Below are positions 49,619 to 54,539 of a stretch of 54,539 bases of DNA, piece by piece. The notes under the pieces were generated by a model, which was given only the letters and a program-made list of their open reading frames with translations, searched no databases and had not been told where the DNA came from. Location of the stretch: positions 1-54,539 of the forward strand of contig JANNXQ010000124.1 in NCBI GenBank assembly GCA_031409655.1, written 5' to 3'. Origin of the DNA: Chthoniobacteraceae bacterium (lineage in GTDB: Bacteria > Verrucomicrobiota > Verrucomicrobiia > Chthoniobacterales > Chthoniobacteraceae). The position numbers and the translations under genes were made by a program. Each line of letters starts with the position of its first letter. The stretch's first letter is position 1.

Positions 49619-50826
49619 GGATTCAATTTGGATTCAAACTCGATGCGCTGACCGGGGATCAGCCGGTCGGACTCGATGGTCAGCGTCGGCGCGGTGCCGC
49701 CCGATGCAATCGTGAAATCGCGACGCTCGTCGGGCAGCAGACCCGCGAGCGATTCGGCGGCGCGGATTCCGTTCACGGCGGGATAGGAATTGTAGTAAAT
49801 GGGCGCGACGCCGGTGTTGGCAATGGTCACGCGGGCGGCGGAGGCGCTGGCCTCGAAGCGCTCCACCTTGAACCGGTATCCACACGCCGCGCTGTGCCGC
49901 GCCAGTTCGTCCTCCTTCATCCAGCGGGGCCATTGATCGGCGATCATAAAGCTGATGTGGAAGGCGCCGGCCTGAGTCTGCCATTTCCCGCCGATCATCC
50001 GCGCGAAGTCCGCGGATTCCATCAGTTGCTCACCGCCCTCGGGCGCGCGCTGCCATCGGTGACGGCCAAAGAAGTCGCCGCCCGTGCGGTTGTAGCCGGG
50101 TTTCCAGGCACGATGAAACGTATCGTCGAAGATTCCGAATGGCAGCGCCAGTAAGTCGGGCATGGCTTTGAAGGGCGTGCGTTCGGAAACGTGCGCGTCC
50201 TTCGAGATCAGCCATCGGGTGACTTTGAATTCCTTCGCCATGTGCCGCATGAACTCCGCCTGAAAAGACTTGTCGGGAAAGTTCACGCCCACCTTTTCGC
50301 CCGGATCATAGATGTGATATTCCGCCCAAAGTCCGAAGCCGACTTCGAGGAAGGCGAGGCGCGGATCGGTGTCATACTTCCGGGCAAACTCGCTCACAAA
50401 CTCGAGGACGAAGCGCCGCCACTCCGCATTCGTCCAGTCGGGGAAGCCCGTCGGCTTACCCTCGCTCTTCTCCGTGCTGTCGCGATAGCCGGGCGAGGCT
50501 TTGATCCACGCGGGCACGCCACTCGGGCGGCCCGGATAGGTGTCGTGCAGGCGGAGGATGAGCTGGTGCCCGCGCGCCGCCGCGTCGCTCATCAATCGCT
50601 CGACCTTGCTCCAATCGTAAGTGCCGCGCCCCGTGGCGACTTCATCGTAACGCAGGTAGGAAAACTCCATCGAGATCGCCGGCGACTTTCGATGCTGCGA
50701 CGTGCTCCAAAAAACAAGCCCGGTCATCGGCTGCGTCCCCTTGATTTCGGAGCGAAGCGGAACCGGATGAGATTCCTCCGCTGCCACCGCGCAGCCCATC
50801 GCGAAGAGGACAAGGAGTCGTTTCAT
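49615..50826 (-). CDS. Secreted glycoside-hydrolase-like protein (DUF4832-like)
   Basis: Signal peptide. YDWSKVE, GVPAWI, YDTDPRLAFLEVGFGLWAEYH, GYRF and NTGVAPIY. Confidence 0.6.
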   Translation of the reverse strand: MKRLLVLFAMGCAVAAEESHPVPLRSEIKGTQPMTGLVFWSTSQHRKSPAISMEFSYLRYDEVATGRGTYDWSKVERLMSDAAARGHQLILRLHDTYPGRPSGVPAWIKASPGYRDSTEKSEGKPTGFPDWTNAEWRRFVLEFVSEFARKYDTDPRLAFLEVGFGLWAEYHIYDPGEKVGVNFPDKSFQAEFMRHMAKEFKVTRWLISKDAHVSERTPFKAMPDLLALPFGIFDDTFHRAWKPGYNRTGGDFFGRHRWQRAPEGGEQLMESADFARMIGGKWQTQAGAFHISFMIADQWPRWMKEDELARHSAACGYRFKVERFEASASAARVTIANTGVAPIYYNSYPAVNGIRAAESLAGLLPDERRDFTIASGGTAPTLTIESDRLIPGQRIEFESKLNP

Positions 50827-51203
50827 TGGCTCTCTTGTTCGGCGGCATTTTGTACGTCGCCAGCGTCCGCAGCCTTTGGCAACCTGTTGCGGAAGGCCGC
50901 ATCGAGGTCGTCCAGCTTCACGTAAGTCGTTCGAGTGTTCCGTTTCCCGGAGATGAAATTCACGGATTTCACTTCGATGAATGCTTTGCCGGCCGACTGG
51001 CCTTGATCCTTCGGGCTGGACACGGCTCCCACTTTACCGGCCACCCGCTAGTGTTCCTTGAGCTTGGCCGCCGATCCCCGCTCGGCATTTGCCGGTTTCT
51101 CCAGCGCGGGCTGCGTTGGTGACGTCGGAGCCAAATTCGCAGCGAGTGCGTTTCCGCAGGCGAACAGGATGGATGCGCTAGATAGCAGAATGTTTTGTTT
51201 CAT
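50823..51203 (-). pseudogene. Small secreted protein with in-frame TAG at 51048-51050
   Basis: MKQNILLSSASILFACGNALAA signal...KLKEH*RVAGKVG...EQESQ*. The final stop overlaps the next ATG. Confidence 0.5.
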
Positions 51204-51233
51204 GATGTGTTTTGAAAATCGCCCGCCGCCGGG

Positions 51234-52640
51234 TCATTCCGCGGTCGGCTTCGCGGGCGTGGGCTGGCGTGGCTTGTTGGCGTTTGCGGGCGCGGTGTAG
51301 TTCACCGTTTTCATCATCTGCTCCAGCTCGGCATCCAGCTTCGTGGCGAGAGCGGTGTCGGAGGCGAGGTTCTTGATTTCGTAAGGGTCGGCGGTGAGGT
51401 CGAAAACCTCGGTGAACGCGGGGAGGTTCGGATACTTCACGAGTTTATGCGTCGTCGTGCGCAGCGCGTAGCACGTCGGCACGTCGCCGAGTTCCTTGTA
51501 GTATTCGGCGAAGAACGACGTGCGCCACTGTGCGGGCTTGCGGCCTGCGGCGATGTTCTTCCAACTCGCGCCCTGCATCTCCGGCGGCGCGGGCACACCC
51601 GCGAGGTCGAGGAACGTGGGCGCGAGGTCCACGTTGAGCACCATGTCATCCACGGTGGTTCCGTTGCCAAAAAGGCGCGGGTAGCGGACGAGAAACGGGA
51701 TGCGCAGCGACTCGTCGTAGAGCGAGCGCTTGTCGCCCGAGTTGTGCTCGCCGAGGTAATAGCCGTTGTCGCTCGAATACACGACCACCGTGTCTTCGGC
51801 GAGGCCGAGCGCGTCGAGAGCGGTGAGCAGTTTGCTGATGTTCTCATCCACACCACTGATGTGCCGGAGGTAATCGAGGTGAACCGCGTTGTCCGAAAGG
51901 CCAGTCGCAACTTTGCCGTTCGCGGCGGGCTTGTGGAAAATCGCGGGCACGCCGCAATTCGGCGTGGGTCGGCTGGTCTCGCCAGCGTGGAGGCCGCGCA
52001 GCCGCTCCGGGAGATTGTTTCCACCGCGCGGGCCGTGCGGGCTTTTGAAACCGACGACGACCGAGAACGGGCGCTCCTTGTTCTGCTTCATGTATTCGAT
52101 GGCGAAGTCCGCGCTCACATCGTCCACCCAGCCTTTGGTCGGCGTGGAGGTGCCGTTGATTTCAAACGGGCAATCCTGATACCGCCCGTGCCCGACGTAG
52201 CTCGCCGAGTAATCGAAGCCAGGCCGCTGGCCGCGCTGATTGCCCATGTGCCATTTGCCGATGTAAGCGGTCTTGTATCCGGCGGCGCGCAGCAGCGTCG
52301 CGTGCGTGATGCTCTCAACGGGAAAAGGCGTGCCGTTATTGGTGATGCCATTGACGTGATTGTAGCGCCCGGTGAGAAACGCCGCGCGGCTCGGCGCGCA
52401 AAGCGAGAGCGTGACGAACGCATTGCGAAATCGCACGCCCTCCGCCGCGAGCCGGTCCATGCCCGGAGACTTGAACCACGGGAATCGCGCCCTCTCACCG
52501 TGCTCCCGCTGCACCACGCCCATCGCATCCCAGCGATGGTCATCGCTGTAGATAAAAAGAAAGTTCGGCTTGCGGTCGGCGGCTGCAGACTTGCCGCAAA
52601 GAAGCGTGAGGAGTGTGAGAAGGATGGCGAGTGGTTTCAT
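51234..52640 (-). CDS. S1 family sulfatase
   Basis: PNFLFIYSDDHR, CAPSRAAFLTG, GKWHMG, SDNGY and DKRSLYDESLRIP. Confidence 0.93.
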   Translation of the reverse strand: MKPLAILLTLLTLLCGKSAAADRKPNFLFIYSDDHRWDAMGVVQREHGERARFPWFKSPGMDRLAAEGVRFRNAFVTLSLCAPSRAAFLTGRYNHVNGITNNGTPFPVESITHATLLRAAGYKTAYIGKWHMGNQRGQRPGFDYSASYVGHGRYQDCPFEINGTSTPTKGWVDDVSADFAIEYMKQNKERPFSVVVGFKSPHGPRGGNNLPERLRGLHAGETSRPTPNCGVPAIFHKPAANGKVATGLSDNAVHLDYLRHISGVDENISKLLTALDALGLAEDTVVVYSSDNGYYLGEHNSGDKRSLYDESLRIPFLVRYPRLFGNGTTVDDMVLNVDLAPTFLDLAGVPAPPEMQGASWKNIAAGRKPAQWRTSFFAEYYKELGDVPTCYALRTTTHKLVKYPNLPAFTEVFDLTADPYEIKNLASDTALATKLDAELEQMMKTVNYTAPANANKPRQPTPAKPTAE

Positions 52641-52649
52641 GGCGGGCGG

Positions 52650-54185
52650 CTATTTGAGAAACTTGCGCCACTTCACCGGAACATCATTTGGATGTGCGGT
52701 CACGAGGCGTTCCATTTCGGCGGTGAGTTCAGCGACGAGTTCGGGCTTTTCGGTCCAGAGGTTTTTCGTTTCGCCGAGGTCAGTGGCGAGGTCGTAGAGC
52801 TGGCCGGTTTCAGCAACGCCCGGCGCGCCCGCGAAGCCTCCGCCCTTTTGACCGAAGATGATTTTCCACGCGCCCTTTCGCAGCGCGGGCAGGCCACTGG
52901 AGGCGTGGCTGATGGCGTATTCGCGCACCGGTTTGTCGCCGCCTTTGAGCAACGGCATGAGGCTCACGCTGTCTTCGCCGGCATTGTCGGGCAGCTTCGC
53001 GCCGAGCGTTTCGGCGAGCGTGGTCATGAGGTCGGTCTGCTGCACGAGCGCGTCGCAGCGCGTGTTAGCCTTCACGACGCCGGGCCAGCGCACGATGAAC
53101 GGCACGCGATGCCCGCCTTCCCAAGCATCGGCTTTGTAGCCACGCAGCGGGCCGCTGGGAAAATGGCCCTTCGCCTCCAGCTCCTTCGCGCCGACGTAGG
53201 GCGCACAGCCGTTGTCGCTGGTGAAAATGACCAGCGTCTTTTCCGCCGCGCCGCTGCGCTCCAACGCAGCGAGCACGCGGCCCACGGTGGCGTCGGTCTG
53301 CATCACGAAATCCGCGTAGTCGTTCAGCCCGCTCTTGCCGCGCCAATCCTCCGTCGTCGCGATGGGCGTGTGCGGCGCAGTGAGCGGGAGATAGAGAAAG
53401 AACGGCTCCGGCTGCTTCGCGGACTTCTCGATGAACGCGCACGCACGGTCGCCAAGCGCGGGCAGGATGCCTTCGAGCTTCCAGCCCGCGAGTGCCGGGC
53501 CGGGCAGGCTGGCCTGATTTTTCGCCAGCGCCGCTGCCGGCAGAAACTCGCCCGGAACGCCGACGGTGCGGTCGTTCTCGATGAAACAAAACGGCGGCCA
53601 GTTCGGGACATCGGTGCCGAAGTATTCATCGAACCCGCGCGTCGTCGGCCCGCCGCCGATGGGCTTGGCAAAATACTCGCGCCACGCCGCGCGATGCTCG
53701 TCCGTCGCAATTGCCGCCGTCACCCCGCGTCCATCGCCAAAGAACTTCCGCTGTTCCGGCGGCACGTTCCAATCCCAGCCGAGGTGCCACTTTCCCACCA
53801 TGCCCGTGCGGTAGCCGTGCTGCTTGAGCAGGCTCGCGAGCGTGGCCCGGTCGGGCGCGATGAGCGGCTTTTCGAGATAGCCTACGATGCCCGCCTGCAA
53901 TCGCGTGCGCCAATGATACCGCCCCGTCAGCAGCGCGTAGCGCGTGGGCGAGCACACGCCGCTCGACGTGTGCGCGTCCGTGAACCGCATCCCGCTTTTC
54001 GCGAGCGCGTCGATATGCGGCGTGGAAATTTTCCCGCGCTCCGGGTTGTAGCAGCGCACATCGCCATAGCCGAGGTCATCGGCGAGGATGATGAGGACGT
54101 TGGGTTTCTCCGCCGCGCTGGCCGAGAGGATTGCGCAGAGCGCAAAAAGCAGCGCAGTGATGGCGCGGTGGAGTTTTGTCCTCAT
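52650..54185 (-). CDS. Arylsulfatase A-like S1 sulfatase
   Basis: PNVLIILADDLGYGD, CSPTRYALLTGRY, GKWHLG and WEGGHRVP. Confidence 0.93.
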   Translation of the reverse strand: MRTKLHRAITALLFALCAILSASAAEKPNVLIILADDLGYGDVRCYNPERGKISTPHIDALAKSGMRFTDAHTSSGVCSPTRYALLTGRYHWRTRLQAGIVGYLEKPLIAPDRATLASLLKQHGYRTGMVGKWHLGWDWNVPPEQRKFFGDGRGVTAAIATDEHRAAWREYFAKPIGGGPTTRGFDEYFGTDVPNWPPFCFIENDRTVGVPGEFLPAAALAKNQASLPGPALAGWKLEGILPALGDRACAFIEKSAKQPEPFFLYLPLTAPHTPIATTEDWRGKSGLNDYADFVMQTDATVGRVLAALERSGAAEKTLVIFTSDNGCAPYVGAKELEAKGHFPSGPLRGYKADAWEGGHRVPFIVRWPGVVKANTRCDALVQQTDLMTTLAETLGAKLPDNAGEDSVSLMPLLKGGDKPVREYAISHASSGLPALRKGAWKIIFGQKGGGFAGAPGVAETGQLYDLATDLGETKNLWTEKPELVAELTAEMERLVTAHPNDVPVKWRKFLK

Positions 54186-54193
54186 GGCGTCAG

Positions 54194-54539
54194 CTACTTG
54201 CTGTCGAGGTAGCCCTCGGCCAGCAATTCTCCCAAGCGGACAATGCCCGCCGTGTTGATAACCAGCTTCTCTTTCTGCTGAGGAAGATCGAACGCCTTGA
54301 GGTGAATGAACGCTGGGTCGGCGGCGGCGAGGGCGGCCAGATTCGCGGTGACATCAATACGGTTAAGCCCCTTCTCATCGGTAGGCGGTTGCTGGCTGAC
54401 GAACCATTTCAGCGCGGGCAGCTTCAGGTCTTCGCGGCTTTTGGCGACCGTGGATTGCAACCACTTGGCCGCGTTGCTCCGGTAAGGCCCAAAGGCCATG
54501 TCGTTTTCGCCGACGTGATACACGATGCCGGCCAGTTCC
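54194..54539 (-). CDS. C-terminal part of a SASA/SGNH-like domain protein (truncated by window end)
   Basis: ELAGIVYHVGEND...REDLKLPALKWFVSQ...GIVRLGELLAEGY. Confidence 0.55.
   Translation of the reverse strand, partial: ELAGIVYHVGENDMAFGPYRSNAAKWLQSTVAKSREDLKLPALKWFVSQQPPTDEKGLNRIDVTANLAALAAADPAFIHLKAFDLPQQKEKLVINTAGIVRLGELLAEGYLDSK

Noticed and set aside
47260..51050. In-frame TAG codons as stop-codon reassignment
   Set aside because: Many intact genes here end in TAG at the expected C-terminus (882, 24947, 31041, 41592, 41595), and the third interruption is TAA.

Overview
This is a GC-rich bacterial window. The protein families, C-terminal domains and repeat types point to Verrucomicrobia (Chthoniobacterales-like); this is an inference. 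No rRNA, tRNA, CRISPR array, transposase or integrase is visible. It is an accessory region. Large secreted multidomain proteins dominate: a DUF1800/DUF1501 pair, a beta-helix/CBM96 protein, a GH10 enzyme, an SGNH esterase and a Gly-rich LEARIAPA protein. It also carries an ECF sigma/anti-sigma pair, a Cu-monooxygenase-like/redoxin pair, a PIN toxin module between REP-like direct repeats, an orphan GspE/PilB ATPase and a sulfatase cluster. About ten truncated or disrupted gene relics are scattered between these. The most unusual items are: (i) a ~2,900-codon FHA + periodic coiled-coil + pseudokinase gene split by one in-frame TAA; (ii) a 16 x 21-bp quasi-palindromic array next to an XRE regulator, in a segment bounded by a 19-bp direct repeat; (iii) a C-terminal domain shared by five secreted proteins; and (iv) an integrase-less integron-like cassette relic.
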